From assembly GCF_009914755.1 (NCBI RefSeq), contig NC_060929.1: DNA of 64,000 nt; one strand, 5' to 3'. The DNA comes from the human T2T-CHM13v2.0 reference genome, Homo sapiens. Under the pieces are notes generated by a model. That model was not told where the DNA came from. It saw only the letters and a list, made by a program, of their open reading frames with translations, and searched no databases. The position numbers were made by a program, and so were the translations under genes. This document shows, one piece after another, positions 43,354 to 58,975 of the stretch (positions within the stretch are counted from its first letter, which is position 1; each line of letters opens with the position of its first letter).

Positions 43354-45368
43354 CCTGGAAATTCCATGCTAGAAGACAACCTGCTAGGAGAGAGAGCATC
43401 TCTAAAGCTATTGTATCCCCACTGCCTAGCACACAGTAGTTGCTTAGTAAACATTTGCTAATTGTGTCATGGATATATTGAGAATAAAAGCATGAGCCCA
43501 AGATTGTTTTGGTCGACTGGTTATTGCTGGGATATTTATAGACAAAGCCTCTTTCCAGTGTTTTCCACCAAACTTTCCTGTAGTGCTGAGCAGGGCTGAG
43601 CAAGCCAAGCAATGAGGAGATTGGTCCAAATTCTTCAACTCTTTCTCAGCATTCTGGATTCACTAAAACCCCAAACACATTTCTATCTGGCAATTTCGTC
43701 TTTCATTTTTCAACCCCAGTGAGTTTCCAACAAAATTGAATCTCTGTTGCAAATCTGTTTGTGTTCCACTCCATCCAAATGCCAGAACCATCTACTATTT
43801 CAAGTTAGAAGCCTCCAAAGGCTCATGCCTGAGGAAAGGATAGCTGGGAATCCCAATTTACTCTCAAACAAACTAAAAGTAAAAAAGCTAAGAGTAGATA
43901 GAGAATGTATTGCATAATGAAATCCAAACTGTGAGTACTAATTTGTGATGCAGAAAAATGGACACTGATTTAGGACTGAGATGCTGAGCCCAGAATCTGA
44001 TTTTATTTCTTGATTAATTAAGGTATGTCACTTGGCCTTCTTGGCCTCAGTTTCCCCCCATCTTGTCTAGGGAAGCTGATTCTTTTATGGGAATCAATAA
44101 GTTCCCTTCAGCTTTAGTGTTCTGTGATTTTGCAATGCTGCTTTACAGATGCTCAGGGCCCTATCCCTTGGCAAGCTGCCTCCTCTGTCCCTGTCTTGTC
44201 TCATTGCTTGTCAGTGTGTGCTAAAACAATAAACGACTGGTTGGTTGCAAGAAAAGTATGCGTTGGATCAAGCAGATGTATCTGCTCTCTGCCCTCTGGA
44301 GAGAACATAGAAGGCTTTGATGTTGTCTGAATGGGTTCCACATTTTGACCTAGGGACCCTTCAATTCTAAGTAGGCCCCATTGACAAAATATGAAACAAT
44401 TATTTACAATTAAAGAAGCATTCCATACCAAACCTGCCACCATCGTTTTATTTTAAAAAGAAAAAAAGCGTAATTCCAAAGATCAAATTTCTAATCCTGA
44501 AAATGGAAAAAAAGGAGGGGTGTTGGGGGGATGCCTGGAACCTGGTTTTCATGTACTGTTCAAGTTTAATATGAGGAAATGAGTCGGCTAAGTGAGGCAG
44601 CCAGTCTCCATGTTACCATGGAGCTAAATGGATTCTTGGTGTGTATCTGTGACATGAAACACATAGCCCCCATGGCACCCAACAGCCTGCTCATCCTTGG
44701 TCTCAAACCCAACCCTTTCTTTGGGCTGGAAGTTTTTGGTGGCCCATGCAAGTGGTTACGTACAGGACGCAGCACAATTTCAGTCACATGAAAATTGTTA
44801 CCTCCCTTCCTCTTCCCTGAATGTGATTTTAAAATTATCCAGAGGCCTGTCTTCCACATTCACCCAACTTCTATAGAGTAAAACAGCATTTTCTGAAATG
44901 TGGTCTGTGGAACTTACATCCTGACAAATAAATAAAGTGATACATTTACTAACACGTTTGAGATGTGCTGCATAATATCTCCTTCTCTTGAAGTTTACTT
45001 AGCATATCAAAGGCTCTGAGAAGTTCCATGCACAGTAAATAGTGGTTTTGACACTGGTCAGGAAGAGCAAAGACTACTGGGCCAAAGGAACATTTCATGT
45101 CTCTGTATATAGTGTTCATATTTTCTGATCCCAAAGTTCCTCCCCAACATATCTTCCCCCACCAAAATCACCAGTTGGAAATTACCTTTCCTCCTCTGAA
45201 CGACAAGAACACTTATTTGCATCTTATTTGCATAAACTTTTTAAAAATTATTTTTTGTATTAGATATATACACAGATATGTCTTATCTGTCCCATTTGCC
45301 TGTATGCTCCTAGAGAACAGAATCCTTGTTCCTTAGTCTTTATCTATCATAGAAGATTGTACATGAGA

Positions 45369-45676
45369 GGCTGGGTGCGGTGGCTCACACCTGTAATCCC
45401 AATGCTATCAGAGGCCGAGGTGGGTAGATCACTTGAGGTCAGGAGTTCGAGATCAGCCTGGGCAACATGGCAAAACCCTGTCTCTACAAAAAATACAAAA
45501 CTTAGCCGAGTATGGTGGTGCGTACCTGTAATCCCAGCTATTTGGGAGGCTGAGGCAGGAAAACTGCTTGAACTTGGGAGGTGGAGGTTGTGGTAAGTCT
45601 AGATTCCGCCACTGCACTCTGGCCTCAGTGACACAGTGAGTCTCTGCTAAAAAATAAATAAATAAATAAATAAAAA
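45369..45676 (+). mobile_element. Alu (S/J) element
   Basis: TSD AAGATTGTACATGAGA; (TAAA)n tail. Confidence 0.95.
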
Positions 45677-45772
45677 AGATTGTACATGAGAGCAATCTAT
45701 ACATGTTTAGTTCCTTGACTGAATGATAGACGGATTGAATGGATCAATCAATCTAGGAACTGGCAGCTTTTA

Positions 45773-46118
<346 letters not shown>

Positions 46119-46710
46119 ATTAAATCTTTAAATAAATTTTAAAAACCCATGCTATACTCAAAGCTGAAGTTTGGAAAGTTAAAATATTAACAGTGACTGT
46201 GTAAGCATCATATGTCTCCCCTTTCCTTCTCTCTTCACTCACTAATTCAGTTTCTGAGAAACACTATATCATCACTCTTTCATCTTCGCATCTGGAAATG
46301 TGCTTCAGGTATTCATACAACTTATTTATCATAATTAAACTTGACTTCAGAAGAAAATGTCAATTTCAGAGAGTCCATTAGGGTGGGATTATATTACTGT
46401 TTATGAATAACATTTTGTAGGCTCAATGTACAGAAAACTATATAGTGTTATAGGCTCTAATTCTGAAACTTATTGGTTAGAATGGTGATTGTTCTGGTTA
46501 ATTGAATATTCTAATTATTAAAAAATTACAAAATAAAAGCTCTACATACATTATCAATTTTCAAATAATTTTAGTTCCATAAAATGTACCTAACAGTAAT
46601 GTTAAGCTGAAAGGATTAGATCAGTTTTGGAGAACATGAGAAACAAGCATTGATCTCTAGAAAACAAATACAAATAAGACAAAAATCTCCACCATCAATA
46701 GGCTTATTAT

Positions 46711-46929
46711 ATAGTAGAATTTCTCAAGCCTGGTACTATTAATATTTTAAACTACATAATTCTTTGTTGTAGGGTGCAGTCCCATACATTGCAGGATGTT
46801 AAACAACATCCCTGGCCCCTACCTTCTAGATGCCAGTGATACTTCCCCAGTAGTGACAATCAAAACAATGTCTGGTCATTGCCACATATGTCTCCTGTGG
46901 AATAAAATTGCCCCAGTTGAGAACCTCTG
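46711..46929. mobile_element. MER20 (hAT-Charlie) MITE
   Basis: ATAATTCTTTGTTGT, CATTGCAGGATGTT..CAACATCCCTGGCC and CCCAGTTGAGAACCTCTG blocks. Confidence 0.85.
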
Positions 46930-47006
46930 TAATGAAGAAAAAGATACTTAAAATTTTAACAGGAGTTCAGAGTCATCTTCTGACCACGAATTCTAATTTT
47001 ACAGTT

Positions 47007-47371
47007 TGATATGATTTGGCTCTGTGTCCCCACCGAAATCTCACCTTGAAATGTAATAATCCTCATGTGCCAAGGGTGGGGCCAGGTGGAGATAATTGAT
47101 CATAAGGGAGGTTTCCCCCATACTGTTCTCATGATAGTGAGTGAGTTCTCACAAGATCTGATTGTTTTATAATCATCTGTCATTTCCCCTGCTGGTATAT
47201 TCTCTTTGCCTATTGCCATCCATGTAAGACATGACTTGTTCCTCCTTGTCTTCTGCCATGATTGTGAGGCCTCCCCAGCCTCCCAATTGTGGAACTGTAA
47301 GTCCATTAAACCTCTTTTTCTTCCCAGTCTCAGGTATGCTTCTGTCTGCAGTGTAAAAACAGACTAATACA
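47007..47371 (+). mobile_element. THE1B/C-like solo LTR
   Basis: TGATATGATTTGGCTCTGTGTCCCC...AGACTAATACA; perfect TSD CAGTT. Confidence 0.9.
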
Positions 47372-49111
47372 CAGTTCCATTGGATGTAGGAAATATAGGA
47401 AACCTTGGGCTAATTTTAGAATGAGTCTAAAACATAGCAATAAATGTTTGACGTTATATTTCCTATTCATAGGAGAATAAAAAACTAAAATATTTGCACT
47501 TTCTGTGGATCTGAATCAGCCACTAGGTATTCACTTTTTGTGCTCTTCTTTGCACCCAGCTTTCAGTTAGGAATGAAGAAGGTAGAAATCTCAGTTACAG
47601 TCCTATGTGCAATTCAAATCTACTTGAGCAGCAGAGGTAATGGAATTAAACTAAAAGCCATCTTAGAGATAACTTACCTACTCCTATATTTTTATATGAA
47701 AAAATAAGATCCCCCAAATCGAAAAGGCGATATAACGTAAAAACATTTAGTAAATGGACTTTGAACTAAAACAAAAATATCTTGACTCCCAGGCAATGGC
47801 TTTGACCAATAATAAATATTTGCTATCTGCCAAATAATGTGAGACAGACTGTGAGTGCTGGAGGTGTTCAGAGTGAAAGGAAACTTGAGGTGGGTGGGAA
47901 TAGTTAGAGACAGAAACAAAGAAGAGGAGGGACTGAAGCCAGGCTCTGAAGAGCACAGGCAGCTTCAGGAAAAGGGTCTGGAGGGCCATTCTGGTATCTT
48001 TCCCATGGCCCTAATGCCAACTTGGGAATAATATGAGAGGACACAGAGCAGCAGAAAAGTGGCTGATATGAACCAGGAACTAAGTTCATGTTGGGAAAGA
48101 AGGAAAAGACGATTTGAGATAGTTTTCAAAATCATTCTGAGGAATCCCAGATGACTTTCTTTTCTGAGTACTGTCCTCACTTTTGCTCTATTCAAAGTGC
48201 CCCACTGGCCCAGAGAGGACCCATGGGAGCAGCTTTGCTGAAGGTGAAAGGCATCCCCAAGTCTTCAGTCCATGAAACACATCGACTTTATGGTTCAGAT
48301 TATGAAACCACACTTCAAAGTCCTAGGAACAGAAAAAATTGTTGTGCTTCTAAAACGGAAACTTTTATCACTTTTCTCCCTTTAGTATTAACCTTGAAAA
48401 TCAAAATGGACTTGATTCCTTTTGTCTTGCATAAGTTAAATTTTCCTTCTGTATCAAGGGATAAATCTAGCATCAGTAAATAGATTACATAAATCACAAA
48501 AAAATGAACGTGACTATATGAGCCAAGAAATTGAATTAATCCAATACCAAAACAAACAAACAAAAATACATTTAAAAACCTAAAACAAAAAAATGTCATC
48601 AAAACCTAGAAAAGATCTTGAAACATCTGGTATTATTACTACAACTATTATTTCCAAGGTAAATGAGATAGGGTTATCCTTCTCCCACTTTCTCAGACAT
48701 TTCTCAAGCAAAACACCTCACTGAGTCATTGGAATGTTTTATCCACTGTTCGCACCTTTTAAAAATATTCAGTGAGCACCAACTATGTAATTTGTTTTTC
48801 CTCTTGTAATCAAATTTCACTTGTATGAAAACATTTGGAGAGGAGGAAATACAGACACAAAACTGGAGGAGACAGCATAATGTCTGTTTCAGATATGATT
48901 CCCAACCCTATAGACTCAGATCTGAGTCCAGTGCAGAGGGGACTGCAGGCAGAAGCCAAAGAAAATGTTTTCAAAGGAACTCTGTGAGGTGTGGGGGCCT
49001 ACACAGTGCATTGCTATTTTGAGAGACAAAGCACAGAGCTGGGAAGTGGGGCCTTCACACCTCTTTGTGAAGCATTGGTCCATCCCAGTGAGAACTTTAG
49101 GAAGAGCATGA

Positions 49112-49526
<415 letters not shown>

Positions 49527-49760
49527 AGTTAATATGTATCAGTTGCTTTCTGTGCCAGCCATTCTTCTAGATGCTAAGGGATACAGCAATGAACAACAAA
49601 CAAGGGCAGAAGAAGGCAATAAGGGAAATAAAGAAGTACATGAAAAACTGTTTATGAACTCATCTGGGACATCCCAGGAACTCCCAGAAATAACTAGGGA
49701 GTGGAGCTGGCAGGCTGCAATTGGAGGTTGAAGCTGTACAGATAAGAATATAAACCTGTT

Positions 49761-50039
49761 GGCTGGGTGCGGTGGCTCACGCCTGTAATCCCAGCACTTT
49801 GGGAGGCTGAGGCGGGCAGATCACAAGGTCAGGAGTTTGAGACCAGCCTGACCAACATGGTGAAACCCCGTCTCTACTAAAAATACAAAAATTGGCCGGG
49901 CGTGGTGCCATGCACCTGTAATCCCAGCTACTCAGGAGGCTGAGGCAGGAGAATTGCTTGAACCTGGGAAGCAGAGGTTGTAGTAAGCCAAGATCATTCC
50001 ATTGCACTCCAGCCTGGGCAACAGAACAAGACTCTGTCT

Positions 50040-50073
<34 letters not shown>

Positions 50074-50090
50074 AGAAAAGAAGAAAAAAA
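49761..50090 (+). mobile_element. AluS element with long A tail
   Basis: TSD AAGAATATAAACC(T/A)GTT. Confidence 0.95.
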
Positions 50091-50287
50091 GAATATAAAC
50101 CAGTTAAATTCTGCTTAAAATTCTTACTATGACCCCATTGATATATGCACACTGATTTATGCCTGCATGGATAAGGGCTGGAAGGAAATATATTAAATGG
50201 TAACAGTGATTATTTATGGACAGTTGAATTATGAATGATATGTTAAAATAATTTCATATAAAATCTATTTCCAAATGTCCTAGAGTG

Positions 50288-50752
50288 AATAGTCTTCCTT
50301 TATCCTCACAAGATACATTCCAAGATCCCCAGTGGATGCCTGAACCAAAACCTATATATACTATGTTTTTTTCTATGTATACTTACCCGTGATAAAGTTT
50401 AATTTATAAATTAGGCACAGTAAGAGATTAAGAACAATAACTATTAGTAAAATAAAACAAGTATAACTTTACACTCTAATAAAGTTATGTGAATGTGGAT
50501 TTGATAACCAAGATGGCTACTAATTGACTCATGAGCAAGTAGTGTCTACAGCATGGATCCACTGGACAAAGGGAGAATTCATTTCCAGGGCAGAATGATG
50601 AAAGATTTCATTATGCCGCTTAGTATGCTGAAAAACTTAAAACTTATGAATTGTTTATTTCTGAAATTTTCCATCGAATATTTTCGAACCACAGTTGACG
50701 GAGGGTAGTTGAAACTATGGAAAGCAAGACTGTAAATAAGGGAGAAGTACTG
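50288..50752. mobile_element. MER44-family (Tigger-derived) element
   Basis: TTCCAAGATCCCCAGTGGATGCCTGAA, GATAAAGTTTAATTTATAAATTAGGCACAGTAAGAGATTAA and terminal ATAAGGGAGAAGTACTG. Confidence 0.8.
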
Positions 50753-51681
50753 CATATGTTACTTTCATAAACATAAAAATTTTTTTTGGTCTAGGAGGCA
50801 GAGGTTGTGTTACTAAGTCATTAATTTTCCCTGGATAGTATGATGTCCTAGGGAAAACTCTGACCCTGCTGTATATTTAGAAGAAATGTATTTGATGATA
50901 AACATACCAAAACATTAGATTAAAATAAAATGTGTTTCTAAAGAACAGTACAGATAGTTGAAATGACAAATTTTTATGCTGCTGGATCGTAATTAAATGT
51001 TCACTCTTATTGCATCCTTTTCCAGCAAAGTAAACTTTACCAGAAATGAAAAACAAGAGTATAATTATCTCTCTCTAGGAATACTTCTAAAAATAAGCTA
51101 TGTAGTTTCTTAGAAGATCAATTCTACATCAATAAGTAGATAATTAAGAGAACTCTCCAGACAATTCAAGAATTCAAATATCACATCTTTGCCTTGGTGT
51201 CTCTAAATATCCTGTTATCATAAACATGTACTTTCTAGTTCATTTGTAAGGAATTCCTCTTGAAACATCAAGGGTTCAAAAGTTTACTGTTATCCCTTTT
51301 GTAACCATGTACTTTAATATTATACATATATTAATTGATTGTGCTGGAGAACTATAATTCAACCTAGTGTCTCATACAGTTGGTATTTCTTAGTTAGAAA
51401 AAAAAAAAACAAGAAAACAAGAAGAAACATAATCTTGTTTTGCCTCTTTCACACCTAATTGTGATTTAAAAAGTAAGGTTAATTTTCCTAAAACAACCTG
51501 ATGAGACTTTATTCCAACACAAGCAACATGTGCATACCTGGGTTAGATAAACGAATAAGATACAGAGACCTGTAACACACCTGGAGGGGCCAGGTTTAGG
51601 TAGAGAATAAAAATGAGAGACTAGCTTGGGGACCCCAGAATGTGGAGATTCCTGAAAGTGAGAGACTCTGGAAAGACAGCT

Positions 51682-51714
51682 GGATAGCACTGATGCCTAG
51701 CATCAGTGCTATCC
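51682..51714. repeat. Perfect 15-bp inverted repeat with 3-nt spacer
   Basis: GGATAGCACTGATGC-CTA-GCATCAGTGCTATCC. Confidence 0.97.
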
Positions 51715-52339
51715 CCAATGGGTCACTAATTACCACTTGATGATGATAATGTTAGTGGCAACTATACACCTGCATCACTGCATTGCTCCTCCCAGAAAAG
51801 GAACTGCAAATGCTGATTTGGCTTAATCAGACCTTCAACAGAGTTAATAATCCAAGAAGACCTCCAGAGAATTGTCAAGGAGGTTTATTGTCCATAAAAC
51901 ATTCATGACTCCAATCCAAAAACAAGGGCAAGCTCACCAAGCTTCAGAAGCCAGAATGGCTCCATCCTACAAAAAGATAGCCCAGGAGTTCTAGCCATGG
52001 CACTGCACATACATGGGTGGATAGTTTTGTTCTGGAAGCTCAAATCTTGGGGACTGTTTTGCATCCTTCCAGATCTGATTGATTAAGAGGTAACCTTTGA
52101 ATTGAGAAAGTTCACACTGCTTAGGTCAGGTTCACTGGGAATATTTGCTGCACTACAAGACTTTCTCTGGAGCCCCTGTTCCCTTTCAGAGACCCTATGC
52201 TAAGATCTTCTTGAAAATCTAAGAGAAGGGTTGAGAAGAACATCATAAACCACAGCCAGCCTATAGAAAAGTGTGATATTTGGTTCTACTACACTGAAAA
52301 TGTGGGAGTTTTACATTTTACATTTATGTTTTATATACA

Positions 52340-52611
52340 TTAGGCATACTAATGTATATAAAGCTGCTAAATGGTATGTGTCACATAATAAGAATGCACA
52401 CATTCCAACCAAAGTTGCCAAACTTTGGATTGTGAGCCATCAGGTTTTTGGTAAAGTTTTACTGGAGTACAGCCACATCCACCATTTACATATTGTCTAT
52501 GGCAGCTTCCATGCTATGTCAGCAGAGTTGAGTATTTGTGATGGAGACCATGTAGCATTCAAAATAAAAAATATTTGCTATCTGCCCCTTCCCAGAAAAT
52601 GTTTGTCAGTC
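52340..52611 (+). repeat. Copy 1 of a ~270-bp local duplication (MIR tail plus MER58A-like)
   Basis: Aligns end to end with 53752-54029. Confidence 0.85.
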
Positions 52612-53331
52612 AATACTCCACTATTTTTTCATTCAGTCTTAGCTTGCCCTGGGAGCCGGATAGAAAACACGAGGTATCGGGGGAGCTCTCCTCTCCCTGA
52701 TGGAGATAAACCAACTTGGAATCTCAGTATACTGCTAAGTCTCATCAAATGAACTGTTCTGTCTGAGTAACAATCCAACAGTCTTATTGTAAAAATGCAT
52801 ACACTTTTATTATCACAAAGGCCATACAACCAAAGATGGAAGCCCTTAAGTAACTGTCAAATCACACAAGAGGATGGGAATGACTTTCATGTTGAATTAC
52901 AATTCATCATCTCAATGGTGCTTGCCAAGGTTTTCTCATTGTTTCCATTTATGAAACACTGCTTTTTAATTTTACCTCTTGAAAGGGTAAAAGAAAAAAA
53001 TATGCTTTGAGTTTTTTCACTTAAAAAAGAGAAGTTCAAGTAAGTAGTGCATCTTAATAGTACTATTCTTGCTTTTAAGGGAGGGGGAAAAGGTGGGAAA
53101 GCTAGTAAATATATTTGGAGAGAAGAGGAATCCCCCTTTAAGCTAAAATATGGGTGGAACAAGTATAGTCAAACATCAGAAAAAGCAAATTATCCGTATT
53201 ACCAAGCTAAATTCCAAGATTCATCTGGAAAGTATGTTCTGTGACAAACTACTCTGAATGCTCTTCTATATCACTCACCAGTTGGAGTTATTAAGATTTA
53301 TATCAAATTTCCTAGTGTTTACTCCTGGGTC

Positions 53332-53518
<187 letters not shown>

Positions 53519-53751
53519 TACTCCTGGGTCGTTGCAAATCCCTTACGGAAGCTTTTAGCTTTTAGGTGGGAAGGCAAGTCTGTCTAAAAAAAGAGAAAAA
53601 AAGAAAAATGTAAGAGACTGACGGAGGTAGACTTCATGCTCAAACTCAGCTCTGCCATTTACTAGCTATGTGTCCTTGGGCAAGTAGATCAATTTCTCTG
53701 AGCTTTGGCTTCCTCATTCATAAACTGATGACAATAATAGTTTCCACCTCT

Positions 53752-54029
53752 TTAGGCATATTCATGTATGTAAAGCAGTGAAGTGGTACCTGTCAAATAA
53801 TAAGAATGCAAACATTCCAACCAAAATCACCAAACTTTGGTTTGTGAGCCATCAGTTCTTTTTGTATATAAAGTTTTATTGGAACACAGCCACATCCATT
53901 CATTCACGTATTGTCTATGGCAGCTTTCACTCTACATCGGCAGAGTTGAGTAGTTGTGACAGAGACCACGCAGCCTGCAAAGCCAAAAATATTTCCTATC
54001 TGCCCCTTTCAAGAAAATGTTTGCCAGTC
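53752..54029 (+). repeat. Copy 2 of the local duplication, contiguous with a MIR body (about 53620-53750)
   Basis: Shares AATAAGAATGCA.ACATTCCAACCAAA...CCAAACTTTGG.TTGTGAGCCATCAG with copy 1. Confidence 0.85.
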
Positions 54030-54360
54030 CTTGCATTAAACAATTTTTTAAAACTATCATTATGATAACTTCCTTTTCTTATTTTATGTAGAGAGAAACT
54101 TTCACAAACTGACTTTCAGAGAAGTATAGCAACTTAATAAGAATGATCCAACAAAGTGAAGACAGGGCTTCTCTTCTGCTCTTCCCACTGCGTATTCCTT
54201 ACTACATTTATAGAACCTTGAATGAGAGCATTTTTTCAGGAAGCACATTTAGCTTAGAGGTCCCATAACACATCTGCTATTTTTCCAACTGACTGGCATT
54301 CAATTCAGATTGAACTTACTAAAATGAAACATTCTCATTTAGGGTTGTGAAAGTGATTAG

Positions 54361-54712
<352 letters not shown>

Positions 54713-57700
54713 CATTTTTTTAAAAAAATTCAACTTCTATTTTAGATTCAGGGGGGTACATGTGCAGGTGTGTTACCTGGGTATATTGCATGATATTCTT
54801 GATTTTTAAAAAATTGGCTCAGATGACCCCAGTGTGCTATCTTTCTCTGGGCTCCGTTTTCTTTGAAGTCCGTGAGAGTAGGAAACATCCCCAGCAGGGC
54901 TGAGTCCCTGACTGGAGCCTTGATCTCTGAATGTAAGTTTAACAAAAGCCTCAGGGTCACCCAAGTTATCATCAAGTGGGTAAGTTAAAAATGGAGGCGT
55001 GCAGACAAATTGGCCGTTTAAAAATTAAACTTATCCAGAAAGACAGTTCAACTCAGAAAGCATTTCACTTCTACAGCACCTTGGCTCACTTACTGATAAT
55101 CTCTGAAGAGACATTTTTACAAAGTGAATTTGATGTGTAGCTATGTTCTATTCACTTTTATCACCAGAACTCCCTTTCTATCAAAATAACAAGAATTTGA
55201 ACTCAAACTTTAGAAAGGAAAAAAAAAACAACTCAAGAGAGAAAAGGCGAGTGAAGCAGGATTTCTGTGGCTTTATTTCTTAAATTGAAAAAAGACAGCA
55301 TCAGAACAAATGGTGCCTCCAGGGCTCTTGGCTGCCCTTTCTGTCCTTCCATTGTGTAACCTTTAGGAAACGACTTAGTTAAAAATAAGAAACTTTTAAA
55401 AAATAGAATTTTCTCACCCAGATATTTAATTGGTTTATTTGCAGAGATAAAATGTCCTTCTCTGATCTAAAGATGAACTTCCAAATTACATGAAAATTCA
55501 TACAGAATGAGAAAATTTACTAAATTCAAAAAATGATGTTTTCGGGATTGGAGTTGTTGAAAAATAGCATCAAGATTTGAGCAATGGGAGGAGGTTTTCA
55601 CTGTTAATTATTTTATCGCTAACATTTTGTCCAATTTAAGATAAATTTATTTTCTTTCCTAGATGGCTCTGGGATTAAAGCAAGTCTCAAACTCGAGGTA
55701 GAGTTTTGTAGCCAAGTTACAAGAGCTTGACAAAGTTTATCATGGGAACGCTGACGCCACCTTACAACAATGTGACTAGCACCACTATAATGTTATCAAA
55801 ATATGTGGGAAATAATTTGTTTCAGTAATAGAGAAGAGAATATAAAATTGCCACACTGAAATAAAGTACATTTTCTAATTGTTTGCTGATTCTAACACAA
55901 CAATTTTGCAAAACATGAAGTAATTTGAGGGAATGTAGAAATCCAGTTAGCACATACATGAGAGATATGGGCACGTGATATCCAACTTGTCTTGCTCCCT
56001 CTCTGAAACCAACTGGAATATTCCTGCAACATGCAACTTTTGTTTTTTAAGTATAAGTTCATCAAGAGGATTTAAAAAGAGGTAGAAAAATACTGAAGCC
56101 TGACCACAGAAAACAGGAAAAACAGCCGAAGGCCTCAATTTTCCAACCCAGGAATAGATAAAAAATACAACTGAAAATAGCTCAAGAAAGATATTACACA
56201 GGTCCTGGCTTTCCTTCATTTTGGAAGTGAGCAGGGAAAGCAGAACAAAGATGGGGAGAACGAATGCAAGAGCTGGTCTCTTACGGTCGCAAAGCTCCAT
56301 CCTATTTGGATAGCCATGGTTTTACCTGCATTCATGACACATCACATCTCAGTATTGATTCAGAGAGTGGTCCCATTTTCTCATCTCTGGAAGAATCTCT
56401 GTGATCACTTCTTAACTTTTGGAAAGTAGATTAGTCCAGCTACTTCATCATCCACAGAGAAGTTAACCTCTGGGCTTCCCATATGTTCTAGCTCTTTAAT
56501 GTTGAGCTCTTCCAGTTTCCGTAGCTCATCTCCACAGGGAGAGCTCTTCTTGGGAGAATGTGTCCATTCACGTTTTCTAACTATCATCATCTTGATAGCT
56601 TACAACTATATAGAACTTTCCATTTTCCACAACTCCTTCAAATATCCAACAGCACCTCTGTGCAGTAGTATTATTCTTCTCAGTTTACTGAGGCAACAGA
56701 GCCAGTATTAACAGGCTCACTATTTATATACATAATCCAACCTTACACTCACTCTGGAAAAAGGATTTATTGTAACTTCACAGTTATAAGAATTACATAA
56801 ATGACTTCCCTATATAAGCAATATTTAACTGCTTTTGGACACCAAGACTTCATTTTGAACATTTTGTAGAAAATCCTTCTCAAAAGGCTTGTATGTCACA
56901 AAGCACTGTCAATATAATTTAACCTGTTCTCGAAGACACAAGGTTGTAATCAGAAACATCTGTTATTTTGTAATGATGTAAGATAGATTTGTTTCTTTGA
57001 GTCTAGCAATCCTCCCCTCTCCTCTTATCAGGCTATCTGCTGCAATTCTGCCTCTTACAGCCCTGTTTCTCTCTCAAATCCTCTCGCACAACTAAGTATT
57101 GGGAATCATAAATAAGAGAACCACAATTATTAAGAACTGCATGTTAGACAAAGTTCAAAGGATTACATAAAAATTAATGTTAATTAGTTTGGTTCAGAAA
57201 CCTAAAAGTTATTTCACTTCTCAAAGAAAGCTGTTTTAAAAAACTTATTTTCTATCCAGAGCCATTTTAAGAAAAGAAAACCTGAAATTCCCAAAGTCCG
57301 AAATTCAGATAAGCTAGGTGTGTGTGAACTTTAATTTCCACTTTTATTCACATCTACCCAATTTCTTACATCATCCTGTAAATTATCTTCAAATAGGGTT
57401 TTAAGGCAGTCTAGTAATCTATGAGTAATAACTACTTTTTATCTATTGTTATTGATATTATATTGAATCATAGAATTTTTTAACAATTGGTTCCCCAAAT
57501 TACTTTGAGTGATAGTTCAAGAAGAAAAAGAAAAAATTATCATTACCAAAGTTGACAGCTGATGTAAAAACATCATTTCAAACATCATTCATTTTAAAGA
57601 GAGATGGCTCCACTGGAATAGAAATCAGGAGGTCTGGTATTAATGCTAGCTAGCAGTGTGAATTTAGCTAAGTAATTTGATCTATCCAGTCCAAATAGTC

Positions 57701-58315
57701 TTTTTTTTTAATTAACAGATATGATTGAACAAATACAGTTTTTAAGGTCCTGCTCAACTCCCAGATCTTGATATTTACAAAAAAAAAAATTAGAATAGCA
57801 AAAATCTGTGACAAGCGTGACATCTAGTGGCTTTTCAGTTTATATACATCCTGACCTATCAAGAATTCCAACGAAGTCACCATTGATTACTATAGTCTCA
57901 TGCATGCAAATATTTAGAATTTTTAACTTAGAGGAATCTAGGGGATCATATACTTCAACCTTCTCATTTTCCACTAGTGAAAACGGAGAACCAAAGTGGT
58001 AATTTTTGTCCATGCTTAAGGTCACAGAGGTAGAGGTTGCCCAAAGCCTACTGACTCCCAATCCAGCATGTTTGTCATTACATTTGTACCCTCAAAAGCC
58101 AAAGAAGGAAAGAAATAATACTTTAAAAAATTGTATTCCTTTGTACAAAATTATTTTCTAATATCAAACCTGTTAGTGATAATTACACTGTTTTGTAATG
58201 TTTGTTTACTTATTTAAGTTTTTCTATAAGTTTCATGAGGTTAGAAACCCCAGGCCTCACTCATCTTTGTAGCTCCAGCACCCAGGCCTATACTGACCCT
58301 ATCACTGATGCCCTA

Positions 58316-58410
58316 ATCTATCTATCTAGCTAGCTAGCTAGCTATCATCTATCTAATCTATCTCTATCATCTATCTAATCTATTATCTATCACCTATCTA
58401 TCATCTCTAT
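58316..58410. repeat. Complex (TCTA)n/(GCTA)n simple repeat
   Basis: Read directly from the sequence. Confidence 0.9.
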
Positions 58411-58599
58411 AAAGCAAGAATAGTACATTGTCAATATATCCTTTTTAAAATGTAGTGGGGAGTGTGTAATTTTATAAAATGAGCACATATTGTATATGAT
58501 TTGTGTGACCAAAAGGAAAACACATTTATTGGGCTGGGTTTTCCCACCTTTCCTTTGAAAAACCAAGTATTTACCTTCTGCATTATTTTGGTGGGGCTG

Positions 58600-58945
58600 A
58601 CCCAGTCTCCTGCAGTCCCAGTGAGTTCATGACCAAAGCTTGGCAAGTCTCCATTTGTCTTCCAGTGGGCACAGTGACTGGCTCAGGGACTTTTCCGGTA
58701 AAGCCACTGGGAAAGATGGCTCCTCTTCCTCTGGGATCTTGAGCTACAAAGATGTAAAGATAAAATAGAAAAATTAGTGGCCCTTTTCTCCTGGCACATG
58801 GAAATAGCTTTCGTAAAACTGAAGTTAGCACGTGAAGGGAAGCAGAGATAGAGACTGGATTCATCATTAAAGCCTCTGAATCTGGCCATGCCATTTTTTG
58901 TTTGTTTAAACTTGCTTGAGCGGGTTTCTGTCTCTTGAAATCAAG
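58600..58945 (+). mobile_element. Old MLT1 (J/K-like) LTR fragment
   Basis: CATGACCAAAGCTTGGC...GGGCACAGTGACTGGCTCAGGG and TTTGTTTAAACTTGCTTGAGCGGGTTTCTGTCTCTTG. Confidence 0.5.
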
Positions 58946-58975
58946 TGCTGATAATATTAAAATATATCACTCAAA

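Noticed and set aside
47672-47765. Strong minus-strand donor TAG|GTAAGT with a few nearby CpGs
   Set aside because: Lies in MIR-like sequence with no other support for exon use.
48913-48928. 16-bp palindrome GACTCAGATCTGAGTC
   Set aside because: About one perfect 8-bp-arm palindrome is expected by chance in 64 kb (64000/4^8 is about 1).
52273-52752. 159-aa ORF with an apparent paralogue at 53778-54065
   Set aside because: The similarity comes from duplicated MIR/MER58 DNA; non-ATG starts and no coding signature.
56326-56687. Purine-rich minus-strand segment with acceptor-like and donor-like ends, containing the 61-aa ORF ...DELRKLEELNIKELEHMGSPEV...
   Set aside because: Stops occur in the frames I checked and I recognise no homologue; a TBLASTX/Dfam search would be needed before calling a decayed exon.
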